Source: the human T2T-CHM13v2.0 reference genome, Homo sapiens
Strand: one strand, 5' to 3'
Assembly: GCF_009914755.1 (NCBI RefSeq)
Contig: NC_060937.1
Length of the DNA stretch: 64,000 nucleotides
Shown here: positions 13,241 to 28,900 of the stretch, piece after piece
How the letters are laid out: each line of letters begins with the position of its first letter
Position numbering within the stretch: position 1 is the first letter of the stretch
Program-made: the position numbers and the translations under genes
Notes under the pieces: model-generated
Seen by the model: only the letters and a program-made list of their open reading frames with translations
Told to the model about the DNA's origin: nothing
Databases searched by the model: none

Positions 13241-15602
13241 CATCACAAAACTATAAAATAAAATAATTTACAAGATCGAATGACTGAAGAGCAAGAGAAG
13301 AAACATATCAAGCGATATACAATGTATGTTTTATTTACTTCTCTATAGATATATTATATTTCAGCCTAAATTGTATAGGTTAATAAATAAAAACATCAGA
13401 ATATTTGTGCCATACATAGTGTTATTTTAATTTCCTCTTCATTTCATGTTTGAGATGTTTGTTATTATAGCTGTAGAGTAAAACAGATCTGAAATGTTTA
13501 AATCAGATTTCTCAAGTTCCTAAAAGCTGTAAGACTCGTGGACTCAACACCATCCCCTGTTTTCATTATTACAAACTCCAAAAGCAATGTAGATTTTTTT
13601 CCCACAGTCCCATTCCTGTGACACAATTACATAGCCTATGGCCACATTAATGAATAAAATTCACGAAGCATTAAGTGTTCTCTTCAAGAAAATTTTTTTT
13701 TAATCTCCTGAACAATTTAATTTAGAAAAAGGCCACTCAAAAATACAGTAGATACTATCTTTTAGCAGACTGAGTTTTTTTTTCTAGGAGATATTCAACT
13801 AGTTGAGTAGTCTAAATACTACTGTATTTTTAGTAACTATGTCTGAAAGTATTTCCTTAATTTATTATTCAATGTCAGAGTACTTTTGCAAAATCAATCC
13901 AAATATAATCTATTTCTCTGGGTTCAGTTTTTCATTCAAGATGTACAAATAATTAGAGACATATTCCTAATTTCTTCTGATCATATCACTTGAACCATAT
14001 CGTTTAGCCTACATGATTCAGGAGTGACACAAGTGGATAATTGTGAGTTTAAAAATCCAATTTGGTTATATTAATATACTTAATATTGTAGATCTACATT
14101 CAGAGAGCATCACTCTTCTTAAATTAGGCACCCTGTATTTCCATCTGACCACCTTCATGTGCTCTGACTGTCACAACTGGTTGTTTGGTATTGAATTTGA
14201 GGTATTAGTGAATATACACATGTAAGTCCTGGAAATAAAAATTGGAATTTGGGCCAAAACTTTAAAAGATTTAGTTTTGAATTTAGCAGTCATCAACAAA
14301 TAAACGAGAGATGGAATTGTAAAAGGAGACAAATTCACTGAAACTATACAGACAGCATAGTAAGTGCAGCATCTCCAGCTTGCATTTTCCTTTAAAGAAC
14401 TTGGATGTGTTATCTCAACTGATAATGACAGCAATCTGTGGAATTAACAAAGAAAATATGAACATGCTCATTGTAGAACTGCAGAAACAGCTTGAGAGGT
14501 TTAATGACATCCACCATAAATGTTTAAAATGTGGATCCAAGACCAGAAATTGTATTTTCTCATTCCTAGTCTACCGCTTCTTAAAGTACGTGAATAATAA
14601 TTACACTTAAGAGCAGGAGAAAAAAATCCAATTAAAGGAGACAGAGTTAAGTGAGAAAGTACATCCACAAGATCTTGGTCAGCCAAGGGAGCAGTGTCAA
14701 CAAGATGGCAGTGATAAGAATGTCAATTGCTGGAGAGAGTTCGGGGCTTTGCCACCTTGGTAGCTCTATGCAAATGTTATGTATTATTTACCACTGTTGT
14801 TATTATTCTGTGAACACACTAAAGACCATTAAGTAATTATGAACACAGGCTAACTCCTGGAAAATAAATGCAAAAGTCTTAGGAGGTCTTATTGCAGTCT
14901 TTTTCTGAATACAAAATGACAATAACCAAATGAGGTTTTTCAGTATGCATGGTGATAATAAGCTATTAAAATGAATGTGACCAATAGTTTTCAGAATAAC
15001 AGTTGCTTGAACAAAATCAACATTTACATTCAAACTTCTGCTTACTCCTTATAGTCATAGCCTCACACTCCCCAGTTAGCTGGTTGTAAGTTAGTAAATC
15101 ATACCTCATTGCAGAGTTACAGACACTCACAACATCTCTACAATGTGTCCAACACTTTGCTTTAGGGACCCCCAAAAAGCATATTTTTTTCTTCACTTCT
15201 TTTAGTCTGATTGCATTAAAGAAAACCACATAATAAGTCATAAAATCTCATATTTATCAGTTCCTTCTTGAGAAATGTCAGAGTAAAGGTTGTTTTGGTA
15301 ATTAAAATGCTGAAGTTAAAAATGCTGATTGCTTACGCAATAATGGGATTTCTAAAACAAATGGCATCATTATATCCACAAACTTTTTTTTAAATTTATC
15401 AAAGTGCTCATTGTATTTACTCATATTAAGTTAAAAAATCTCAAAGTCTTTAAACTTATCTTCTGCTTATGCTTTAGATGTTGTCATGAGAGGATAATGC
15501 TTGTAATCCATGAAATTCTAACTCTGACACAGTGAGGATGGCAGAAAAGAGCCTGAGTCCCATACAATGTCATGGCACTGCCAAACTAACCCACATGGTC
15601 TC

Positions 15603-16095
15603 ATTGAATACTATACAGCCATAAAAAGGAATGAAGTGGTGACACATAAAACAACATAAATGAATCTTACAGACTTTACATTGAGCAAAAGAAGTCAGAC
15701 ACAAAAAATATATATACTGCATCTTTCTTTACATCTAAAATTCTAGAAAAGGAAAAATAATCAAAGGTAGAAACATAAGAGCAGTGGCTGACTCTGGAGG
15801 TTGAGGACTGAGAGGGAAGTAATATGTTGTGAAAATGTGTAGGTTACACCAGAACATCCATTTGTCAAAACTGCACTGCTAAGATATATGTATTTTGATG
15901 GATGTAATTTTTACCTTAAACACTGTAAAATAATAAGAAATCAACTAGCGGTGAGGGGAGTGGGTGGAGGTACAAACTAAGAATGGCAGAATGTTGATAA
16001 CTACTGAAGATCGGTGATGTGTGAATAAAAACGCATCAGTTCCATTCTTACTTCTTTATATATGTTTGAAAATTTCTAGAACCATAAATTTAAAA
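15603..16095 (+). mobile_element. L1ME-like 3' end
   Basis: gaatactatacagccataaaaaggaatgaag...gaaaatttctagaaccataaatttaaaa. Confidence 0.75.
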
Positions 16096-16636
16096 TTATC
16101 CCACAGTAATTATTTATTATAACTCAAAGAGCTCTTTCTTCTTTGAAACCAAAGAAAAGCCACCAGACAGACAAAAACGACAAAAACAACATGATATGAC
16201 TTCTCACATTGACATGATCGCTGTTGGACCGTGGTAATGGAATCAAATCACAAAGATGTTCCTGCCTCCCATCTGCGGCTGATGGGACAGACTTGAGGAT
16301 TGTATAGCAACAGTCAAATCCCACCATCGGGTTCCACTGTAATTTTTATGTCTGAATTCTGGCAACAATTTTGTTATTATTTGGTATCAGTGATGATTTG
16401 GTATTAATAATGAAATCTGATACTTCAATGATTTGCAAACAGGGTTGAATAAACTGTCATTTACCGTTTTGAGGATTAAGGGAAGTGGCTCCGATCATGT
16501 TCTATCAACAGCAACTATGGCCACAACAAAAATGAACGACATTTTATTTTCAATAAAAAACTGGTAGAAAAAAATGTTACCTGATATTTTTACCATAAGA
16601 ATTAACAGTGACTTTTGTTTGCCAAAGTACCATGTC

Positions 16637-16945
16637 AGCCAGGCGAGATGGCTCACGCCTGTAGTCTCAGCGCTTTGGGAGGCTGAGGGAAGTGGATCGC
16701 TTGAGCCCAGAAGTTTGAGACCCACCTGGGCAACGTGGTGTGACCCTGTCTCTACAAAAAATAAACAAAATTAGCTGGGTATGGTGGTGCCTGCCTGTAG
16801 TCTCAGCTACTTTGGAGGCTGAGATGGGAGAATGGCTTGAGCCCGGGAGGTCGGGTGTGCAGTGAGCACACCATTGCCCTTCAGCTGCAGTGACAGAGTG
16901 AGAGCTTGTCTCAAAAAAAACAAACAAAACAAAACAAAACAAAAA
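16637..16945 (+). mobile_element. AluJ SINE with (AAAAC)n tail
   Basis: J-type diagnostics ggatcgcttgagcccag and cctgggcaac. Confidence 0.9.
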
Positions 16946-17404
16946 CCCCAAACACGTTTTTGCCATGGGAAGTCTCATCTGAAATGCCTGACTTTATATG
17001 TTTCTTTTCTTAATAACACGTTTTCATATTTATAAGTCCATTTACTTCTAAGGCAGATGTGCCCATTCTTCTAATCAAAGCCATGCTATTTCCAGGGCTC
17101 TAAATCATTTTAATTGAAAGTGTGCCCACAAGTGAATGAAGTGTAAAACCTTAGACCAGTTATTCATAACCTTTACTGCCATTAGACTCACCTAGGGAGG
17201 TTGGAAATCCCAGTGTCCACACTGCATACCATTAAACAAGAACCAAGATGTCTATTACTTGAGACAAGAGATGAGAGAACAGAGGGAAAGAGGAAAGTTA
17301 TAGTTTAATTGACTACCAGGCACTGTCATCAGGATAGCATCCCTGAATTAGGCAGAAAAAACTAACTTAATGGGAGGATCATATTTTCTGATTTATTTGA
17401 TTGA

Positions 17405-17573
<169 letters not shown>

Positions 17574-18155
17574 ATGATTCCTTTTTTATTAAAAAAAAAA
17601 AAAAAAAAAAAACTTGCTGGTGCTATAATGGCATTGAAATGGATAACAGAAAATTGAACAAGGAAATGGAATCAGTCTTAAGCCTCTACTGTTCTTTATC
17701 ATTCTTTGCGGCACTAAAGACAATTCACCCTTTAACAATTAAGAGAATTAGGTAATCTTTTAACACAAATAAAATGGTTTTGTGACTAATTGCTAAAGAG
17801 TACTTACAATACACTTAAAGAAAATCTGTGTTCACTTAATACAAATATTGTAAGTGGATATATAAACTTGCTGTGATTCATGATCATGGGCAGTTAATTA
17901 CCTCAAAGTGATATTTTAGACTGTAACTTGTGATGTAATTTACAACTGGCATTAACGCTGTCATGATTATCTTCTAAAGAGCCATTAATATTATAAAATA
18001 TGTCATGTGACACCCTTAGTATAATACCAGTGTATTGGGGTAGGGGAATAAATACAGTGCTAATGGCATTGCATTCCTCCATTATTTTTTACCCAGGAAA
18101 TCACTGGAAATCTCATTAAATTTCTGTATTACTTTTTTGTATTTTGTGTCTATGC

Positions 18156-18442
18156 TTTTTTTTTTTTTTTTTTTTTAGACAGAGTCTCACTCTGTCGCCC
18201 AGGCTGGAGTCCAGTGGCGTGACCTCGGCTCACTGCAAGCTCCGTCTCCCGGGTTCACACCATTCTCCTGCCTCAGCCTCCTGAGTAGCTGGGACTAAAG
18301 GTACCCGCCACCACGCCCGGCTAATTTTTTTGTATTTTCAGTAGAGACGGGGTTTCACCATGTTAGCCAGGATGGTCTCGATCTCCTGACCTCGTGATCC
18401 GCCCGCCTCGGCCTCCCAAAGTGCTGGGATTACAGGCGTGAG
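18156..18442 (-). mobile_element. AluY SINE, first ~17 nt missing
   Basis: CpG-rich AluY diagnostics (ctgcaagctccg, ttagccaggatggtctcgatctcc). TSD tgtctatgctttt / tatctatgctttt. Confidence 0.95.
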
Positions 18443-20084
18443 TATCTATGCTTTTCGGCACTTTAGTTCTTGAATGTCCATAGCAATCATAGCCAAAATT
18501 TTAAAAAGGAAATTGAGAAATATTGCTAACCATATGAAAAATTGCCAGTAGTTTTCCATGAATTACAAATAGACTGTCTATGTTTCTAAAAATTAATGGA
18601 TAAAAGGCGTGAAACAATAATTTGGCACAAAGGAAATACAAGTGCTCAGTGATTGAAAATATATTCAACCTCAACTGCAATGAAATCAAGCCAATGTCTC
18701 TCCTGAAAATCAATCCTGAATATGAAAACTATTTATTAACCACAGATGAATCGCAACATGACTTACAATAGCAAAAGGATGGCTTGCTACAGTAGATATA
18801 ACCTATAGGTTGTTTTTCTCAAGACATTCCTTTTTCCTGCCTTAGCAGCCTCTTCAGGCTTCAACTCTGTCTTATCTGCTCATTATTTTAATTCCTGAAA
18901 AACATTTGAGGTGTTGAGTTTATTTGATTTCTAATTCAATGGAAGGCATTTAAGCTGTAGATCAAATACGTTTTGTCTGCTTGTTTATCTATCTCCTACA
19001 ATGGCGCTATTCCAATAGAAATGTACCTGTCTATTTGTCTCACTCTACTTTTAATGAAGCAGGCAGCTCATTAATGGTGAGTACGTCATCTTACTTATTT
19101 TTCTAACTGTTTGAAACCTTGTAGGCCCTCAAAAAATGTTGATGGATGAATAAACAATTCAACAATGAGCAAAAGGAACACCTGTCTTTGGTGAGATGCT
19201 TTCTCTGTACACAGAAGAGGTTAGAAACAAAAGACTTGGACAAAGTGTTCTTCAGTATGATGTCATTCATCTCTTCTGATTTCTCTCTCACATTCACTGG
19301 CATACAGAGTTTTTGACCACTTGAATTATGACCAAAACTATTTCTGCTTCTAAATGCCAGAGGGTGATCACTATCATTTTACTTTTCTTAAATTTCTGAG
19401 AAAAGTCCTGAGGCAAATAAGAATCATACACAGGCAAGAAAAGTCAGAGTTTATTATTTGATTCGGGAAAGTGTAAGCTGACATTTAATCAACTAGCATT
19501 ATCCATAAAAGAGGTCTACACGAAGGTTCACGGGAGGAACAGGTGCAAGGAAGGTCGAGCTGAAGAACACATTCAAATACAAGGCAGTGTGGCTTAAACT
19601 TAATGTGGAGATTGGTGGTTAAGACAGAATCAGCCCCATTTGGTGTGATTATTCTCAATTCTGAGTCTCAATTAACATTTTGCTCACCTGAGAATTGACT
19701 ATAATATAGTTGGAACACATAGCAAATTCCTTAAAAGCACATTGCTTATTTAATGGATTTGGTTAGTATGCAGCTTAAATTTCAACTTCATGTTGATGGT
19801 AGTACTGAGTGTTTTCTTTTAAATAATTTTAAAATTCTAATACTTGTCCTCGAAGTTTTACAGTAGTGAAGATTCCTCTTAAGCAGTCCTTTATAGCTAT
19901 TTTATGTCTTCATTTTAAAAGCACAATACTCTGATGTATTAGCTCAAACATCCCAGATGCCAATTCCACATGGCGCTACCAATAAGTTGGTATGCAAATG
20001 TTGGGTTAGGTTTTATTTGTTTTGTGTGTGTGTGTGTTTAGCTTTTAATGTCTTGATACTTCAGGTATTAAGATATAACTTCTG

Positions 20085-20382
20085 GGCTGGGTGTGGTGGC
20101 TCACGCCTGTAATCTCAGCAATTTGGGAGGCCCAGGAAGGCGGATCACTTGAGGTCAGGAGTTCAAGACCAGCCTCGCCAACATGGTGAAACCCTGTCTC
20201 TACTAAAAATACAAAAATTAGCCGGGCGTGGTGGCGGGCACTTGTAATCCTAGCTGCTTGGGAGGCTGAGGCATGAGAATCACTTGAACTCGGCAAGCAG
20301 AGGTTACAGCGAGGCAAGATCATGCCACTGCACTCCAGCCAGGGAGACAGAGCGAGATTCCATCTCAAAAAAAAAAAAAAAA
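20085..20382 (+). mobile_element. AluSx-like SINE
   Basis: ggatcacttgaggtcaggagttcaagaccagcc and an A tail. Confidence 0.93.
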
Positions 20383-20515
20383 GTAATTTCTCCTAAAACA
20401 TTGAAAAAATAAGTAGTTTTATTTTCACCAATAATGTTTTTACATCAAAGTATCACCAAAGTATTACCATGAATTTCATTACATCAAATATATAGTAGAA
20501 AGGTGATTATCTTGA

Positions 20516-20945
<430 letters not shown>

Positions 20946-21596
20946 TGAAAAGACTAGTGATAAATTAGAAAATATGGCTAGGGAAAAAAAGGTATCAACT
21001 TGTTAAGAAAAGAAACTCAGAGCTGGCCAAATATCCTAAGTGACGTTATAACACATTTTTTTTCCCCCAAGAAATGAGATAGCTCCTCAGCTGTTCCCAT
21101 CTCCACTATCAGTACTGTTTGTATTATTTTTTTGCTTGAAGGTACTTCATCTACAGTCTACCTGAAAAAAGGAACAGTAAAGGATGTCTTGTACAGAAAG
21201 ATAATTCCTGTTCCATCCCAGTATGCTTCTTTTAAAGATAAACATATTTACCATTAAGTTTAAACTACCATTAAAACTGTATGTCAATTCTAGAGCTATC
21301 TAAAAATTAAAAGGATTGATATTGCTTCTTTAATTTGAAAACTGTCAGATCTTAAAACATACAGTATCTCAGAACTTTAAAACCTTCTAATTAATAAAGC
21401 ATTCATTTTTGTATACAGAGGTTTACTGGCTTAGATGTAAAGGCTGTTGTCCATTAGACAAAAGGGTTTTCTTAACACTAAACTGTATTTAATCATTTAT
21501 TAAATTATATTTAATAAATGATATAATATAATAAAAATAATTAATGAGCTAAATCATCACAATAGAGTTTCCCAAAAACTATTCAGTAAAAGCCTA

Positions 21597-22540
<944 letters not shown>

Positions 22541-23262
22541 GACTGCAAAATTAGACATCTCCAAAACTGTTTTCTGCACTTAGAAATTGTAGCAATAACG
22601 TCAAAGAAAATCAGAGGAGAACCCTACATCTTTTACGAAATTAAGAGATATCTAAAACCTGTAATCACAACACATGAAGAAATAAAAGAAAATGGAGAAG
22701 GGGTAACTGACCTAGCAGAGTAAGAAAGCTTAACTCAAGTTAATGGCCACTCTGGTGAATTTGCACAGAGTACTATGGAAAAATGTGAAAATTCTCATCT
22801 ACCAATATAAAATTATCCAATCAGCTATTTTAGTGCCTTACTCTTAACTAAATAATAATAAGTACCACAAGATATTTGAGGAAAGCTCCCTACATAAAGA
22901 GACGGAAAGCAAAACAAACCAACAAGGGAAATCTTGGAGAAACTGTCAACATGACATAAACACGAAGTATTGTGAATAAACTAGAGAAGTAGTTCTCTTG
23001 GAAATTTAAAATGTAATTGCTGGAAGTTTTTAAAAAACAGAATACTTGGAAGATAAAATGGAGAAATCTCTAGAAAGCAACAAAGAAAAGAAAAGTAAAA
23101 GAAATGACCAAAAACAGGATCAAGAATAGGAGACAACCAACTCATGAAACTCCCAAAAAAATAGAACACAGGGAAAAAGGAACAGGAATTTTTTTTTTAA
23201 CAGAAATGTATTTTCCAGGACTCAAGGCATGAGTTTTCAGATTGAAAAGACTCTAATCATAA

Positions 23263-24001
23263 CGTGATAGGAAAATAAATTTCTGGACCTCAAAATCACT
23301 ACATGAAAGGGAAATGTCAAGCAGGGAACTATGTCAGGCAAACCTGCCTCCAAATTATTCCTAAATAAGATAGCTACAAAGATTAAAAACAAACAAACAA
23401 CAACAAAGAAAAATAACCACATACCTCCCTCACAATTTGTCCACAAGAAAATTCCTTGTGGACCTCAAGATCTTTACCCTAAAACAGTTCTGTTGGATTT
23501 CACCCTGGCAATGTAAACTGGTAGCTTGTCTTCACAGGTGTGGGAAAAAGGACAGAACTCAAAGTCATCCCTCCGCTCACCTGAGACAAATGCATATCTG
23601 ATTGTTTTCTCTACCTTAATATGCTTATGTAAAAATGTAGATTCACTGAGCCTGACTAAGGCATAAGTGACTATTCCTCTATCCTCCTCGGACTCGTAAA
23701 TTGTATATTTAGTGAAAGGCAGATCAATGACTCAAAAGAATGCAACCTTTTGTCTATTATCTGTGACCTGGAGGCCTCCACTTCAAGCTGTCCGCCTTTC
23801 CAGACCGAACCAATGTACATCTTACACATATTGGTTGATGTTTCATATCTCCCTAAAATGTATAAAACCAGACTATGTCCCAAAAACCTTGGGTACATGT
23901 TGTCAGGACCTCCTGAGGCTGTATCAGGGGTGCGTCCTTAACCTTGGCAAGATAAACATTTTAAACTGATGGAGACCTGTCTCAGATACTTTTGGTTCAC
24001 A
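23263..24001 (+). mobile_element. MER4A-type ERV1 solo LTR
   Basis: gtgataggaaaataaat..caaaatcact..ggcaaacctgcctcc ... ctcagatacttttggttcaca. 4-bp TSD ATAA. Confidence 0.88.
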
Positions 24002-24089
24002 ATAACTACAACTTAAAATAACTTTACAGCAAAATTAGAACAAGGAAACCAAAAGGTACAACAGCAAGTCACTGACTGTGATTTACCAC

Positions 24090-24810
24090 CTGACCATCTT
24101 CTAAATGTCTCTCAGGTCTACTCTGTTTCTCTCCAGCCCCACAATCACTACCCCTGCAAAGGCCATCGGCATCCCATCCTAGAACTCTAGGATCACTTTC
24201 TAATTAGGCTTTAGGCCCCCAGCTGGCCTTCTGGAATCCGCTTTCCACTTAATAGTCTGAATAATCTCCTTCAAATGCGAGTTCTTCCATTTTTTCCTTG
24301 CCTTAGGATACTGTGCTAATTTCTTAATGAGACTCTGGGAGTTCCCTGTCTTAGCCCTTCTTAGTTTTATTTTGCACCACTGTCTATACTCCCTGTTCTC
24401 TTCTCCTAGTTCCACCTCATCTTGATTCTTCAGAAAGATTTATTTTCCTTTAGATCCTACATTGAACAATTTTACCCCATCTGACTCCTACTCCTCATAC
24501 ATGACCCTCCCTTGAATAGAATGTACTCTTGACTCTTCCTCTGCAAGATTCCTATTCCAATTATCTCAGTATTAACATAATTTTCTCTTGAAAACTTCCT
24601 CCTGCCCTAGTCTTGGTTAGGTAGACACTTTGTTGGCCACTGAGCTCATCCCACAGGGTTTCATTGTCTTTCACCCATTTATGTTCCCCATTAGACTGTC
24701 TGCCCTGGAAGGAACCCTGTTTATTAACTGCTAGCATCTTCAGTGCATAGCACAATGCAGCACACTTAGTAGGCACTTGAGAAGATTAGCTGAATTGAGA
24801 AATGAACTGA
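24090..24810 (+). mobile_element. L2 3' region relic
   Basis: Pyrimidine-rich L2 body ending ttagactg...cagtgcatagcacaatgcagcacacttagtaggcacttg. Confidence 0.65.
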
Positions 24811-25854
24811 CGAGTGAAAGCTCACGCAATTCAAATAGTGGAATCCAAGCCATAAAGTTGTCATCTGGTGGTGGTGGAATGAGGTAATGAATCTGAAAGC
24901 ATTTTCACTGTGCTCCTTCATTTTTCTATGAAAGTATCAACCCAAATACTCCTAAGGGGGTTACCCTGTGGATTCTCACAATATGCTCCAACAGTTAACT
25001 ACTCTGTAAGAATTCTCAGCCCTCACTTTAAATTAAATTCAACTTAAACAAAATTAAAAATATGACCTTTTCCCTCATATTGGCTCCTTTCTGAATGCCC
25101 TTTCTTTGTATCAAAATAAAAAAGCGAAAGAATTAAAGAATTCTACTACCTTTCATTTGTATACAGTAATACATTCTTTGTTTTCTTATAAATATAAATT
25201 TCTTATAAATATAAAAATATAAAGATGTACCCTGCTTCACTCTTATCCCTCTGAGCCAGACCCTCCGCACTAAATATTACCTTCTAATACTCATCCCATA
25301 CCCATGTGATGGATGCAGCCAAACTCACTTTGTTAAAACGCTGCTTTTCAGTGGGTATTTAAAAAATAATATATTCTCGTTGCATGTGTAGCTTTCTCTT
25401 ACTGACTTGGAAAGTCTTCTATAATCTACCTTCAGTGCTTTCTCTTGGATACTTACTTTGTCATAAAATGTAAAATACATAAAAACTACAGGCAATTTCA
25501 TATTGGCACTGAGCAAATGCAATTTCCAAGGTACTTTGTTGGGTTTTCCTTTTTTTTGATTTTCTTTTGAGTAAGTGTTTTCTGTATGAGACATTGAAAC
25601 GTAATCCTTTCAGGTCTTCCACCCTTACCAAGAGTCAGCCATGAACATTTTTGCAGTTATTTTCTATGCTCAGCTTGCTTCTCTATTTTTACTTAGCAGG
25701 GTTTTTTAAGTGTTTAGCATCTCTCTTTGCTTAAAATTATTTTTGTGTTTGGCTTCTTTCTTCCAAGGTAATAAAAATGGGCATATCTCTTTCCAATAAA
25801 AATGATAAATGAATTGAAGCCCAAAATATCTTATTTTTTATAGATATATATATA

Positions 25855-26742
25855 TATTTATTTATTTATTATACTTTAAGTTCTAGGGTACATGTGCACA
25901 ACGTGCAGGTTTGTTACATATGTATACATGTGCCATGTTGGTGTGCTGCACCCATTAACTTGTCATTTACATTAGGTATATCTCCTAATGCTATCCCTCC
26001 CCTCTTCCCCCACCCCACAACAGTCCCCAGTGTGTGATGTTTCCCCTCCTGTGTCCATGTGTTCTCATTGTTCAATTCCCACCAACGAGCGAGAACATGC
26101 AGTGTTTGGTTTTTTGACCTTGCGATAGTTTGCTGAGAATGATGGTTTCCAGCTTCATCCATGTCCCTACAAAGGACATGAAATCATCATTTTTTATGGC
26201 TGCATAGTATTCCATGGTGTATATGTGCCACATTTTCTTAATCCAGTCTATCATTGATGGACATTTGGGTTGGTTCCAAGTCTTCGCTATTGTGAATAGT
26301 GCCGCAATAAACATAAGTGTGCATGTGTCTTTATAGCAGCATGATTTATAATCCTTTGGATTTATACCCAGTAATGGGATGGCTGGGTCAAATGGTATTT
26401 CTCGTTCTAGATCCCTGAGGAATCACCACACTGACTTCCACAATGGTTGAACTAGTTTACAGTCCCACCAACAGTGTAAAAGTGTTCCTATTTCTCCACA
26501 TCCTCTCCAGCACTTGTTGTTTCCTGACTTTTTAATGATGGCCATTCTAACTGGTGTGAGATGGTATCTCATTGTGGTTTTGATTTGCATTTCTCTGATG
26601 GCCAGTGATGATGAGCATTTTTTCAAGTGTCTTTTGGCTGCATAAATGTCTTCTTTTGAGAAGTGTCTGTTCATATCCTTTGCCCACTTGTTGATGGGGT
26701 TGTTTTTTTCTTGTAAATTTCTTTGAGTTCTTTGTAGATTCT
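25855..26742 (-). mobile_element. L1PA4/5-like 3' fragment
   Basis: ttatactttaagttctagggtacatgtgcacaacg... Minus-strand ORFs [19 protein letters not shown] and MFIAALFTIAKTWNQPK are L1 ORF2. Confidence 0.96.
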
Positions 26743-28509
26743 TAAGTCTTAGGACTTAAAGCTGAGTTTTCTCTTTTTAAGAATCCACTTCTTCTGCTTA
26801 TTGCTGACTTACTTGCAACTGGCTGCCTACTTTTACATATACACTGGTCAAAGAATAACACCTAAATCTTCAGTTAAGTTATCATTGCAATGAACACAAT
26901 AAGCAATACATGGGAAGTACTGAAAATCAAACACTTTAAAAGATTTTTAGAAATGTAAATGAAAGATCTTTTCTAGGAAATGAGAAAAACTATTGATTGC
27001 TATTTAGTAGATATAAAACTTGCCTAACATTATTGTAGAGACATTAGTAACCAAGACTATAATTCTGATTTTGCAAGAACTCAAATAATACTTAGTTTTA
27101 CACTTAATCTTTTATCATCTGTGACAAAACGTAGCAAAATGAAAGATTATCTAGAAGCAGAATCAAGGTTGTAATATAACTATTTTCAAGAGTTAGACGA
27201 CCCATGCATAAAATCATTTATTGAGACATGCATATGTGTCTAAGAATACATTTTAATACACGTTTAATAAACTATCATTCAAGCATATCTGTACTGGGGT
27301 GCCAATCACCGATTTTTAACAAAACCATTCTATGATCCCATTGAGAGAGGTATTGACTTTTATCCATTTTGTCTATAATATCCTAACAATTTTACATATG
27401 GGAGGTTTAAACAAATTAGAGGTTTAAAAACATGTAGAATTCCTGGGAATAATCTTTAGATGCAAATTTTAAAACCAATCTATCCCCAAATTCTGATACT
27501 AAAACACAATGTTCAATCTTAGTTTGGAAGAAGTAAGAAACATGCAAAACAGATTACACTTCTAGTTTGATTTAGATCTTTAATTCTTAACTTATATTAA
27601 GAGCATATACTAGACTATTATAAGAAATAGTAGCATATAACATATGAATGTTTATAATATGTACAAAATAACTTATTAGAAATAATTGAATTATAATATC
27701 CACACCACAAAGACAAGATATCTGGGAGTTATCCAGAAAAACTGAGAGAAAACAATGAGATAAAATTGAGAGAAAATGAAGCATTAAAACATAAGATATA
27801 GAATTTTCTAAAAATAAAATGTCAGAAAATTTTCAAGGTAATTAAAGAAAAGAAGCAAAAACTAACAAATGAGTAGAGCATTAAAATGTTAAATTTTTGG
27901 AATAAAAATGCTTAGAAAGCATTCAAAATCCAGTAGCATCAGTTAATAGAACTGACACAGGTAATAATCACTGAAGATTCTCATACTTTTCTATCACTGC
28001 TTTCCATAAAAGGCATGCAAATACGGTAAGGAGATACGACTGAGCATAAGAACTCTGTCAGAAAAAAGCAAAGGAAGCAAATAATCTTTTTTCTATTAAT
28101 TTTGTTTCATTTTATTAAAAAAGTCCTAAGCAATTATTTACAAATGACAGTTTTCTGACAAAATATGTCAATCAAGTAAATATCATTCAAAATATAACAA
28201 AGCTTTTTGAAAATTTTCACCTGTTTGTTATCAACTGCACAATTCCGGCTTTAAATAAAATGGTAAGCTAGAATTTGTATTCGTATCTTTTTGCACAGAA
28301 TGTGTCACTGCCCTAACATGGCTCTTTAAGTTACTGAGTTATTGAATGCTTGCAAATTGCAAAAAACTGTAATTCATTCTGCGGTGAGCCATGTTATGAG
28401 TACCACTTTTTTCAAACCTTAAAAATATCTTAGGAGAGAGGCAGCATTTACAAAGTATGAGTTTCAAATGGGAATTTAGATTTCTACACATTAAATTAAA
28501 AAGCCTATA

Positions 28510-28900
28510 TACTTTGAGCGGAAGGAGAGGAGTAATGGAAACTTTCACGTATTGTGGTGGGACTAGAAACTGGGGCTGCCTCTTGATAGCGCAACTTGGA
28601 AATACTCATCAACATTTTGAACATTCACACCCTTTGCCCCAACGATTCTACTTTTACTAATTTTTCCTACAAATGTTCTTGTACATGTAGGCAAGACTAT
28701 GCACAAGAATGTTCATGGTGACACTGATTATAGAGCAAAAAGATAGGGGCAAACTAAAGGTTCATTAATAAAGAATGGTTTAGGTAAAATTCATAAAACA
28801 ACAATAAAGATTCAATTGACATGGTCCACCTATGGCATAAAGCAAGCACAATGCATACAGTATAATTGCTGCCATTTGTATGTCCATTTATAAGTAAGTG
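28510..28900 (+). mobile_element. Ancient L1ME fragment
   Basis: ggaaactttcacgtattgtggtgggactagaaactgg...ccctttgccccaacgattctact...caagaatgttcat. Confidence 0.6.

Noticed and set aside
16384-16423. C/D-box snoRNA-like pattern (gtatcag TGATGA ... CTGA tac)
   Set aside because: Only ~40 nt, too short for a C/D snoRNA. No evident guide or C'/D' boxes, so probably chance.
17591-17612. Isolated poly-A tracts (also 46990-47010) as processed-pseudogene tails
   Set aside because: No upstream cDNA-like body or convincing TSD.
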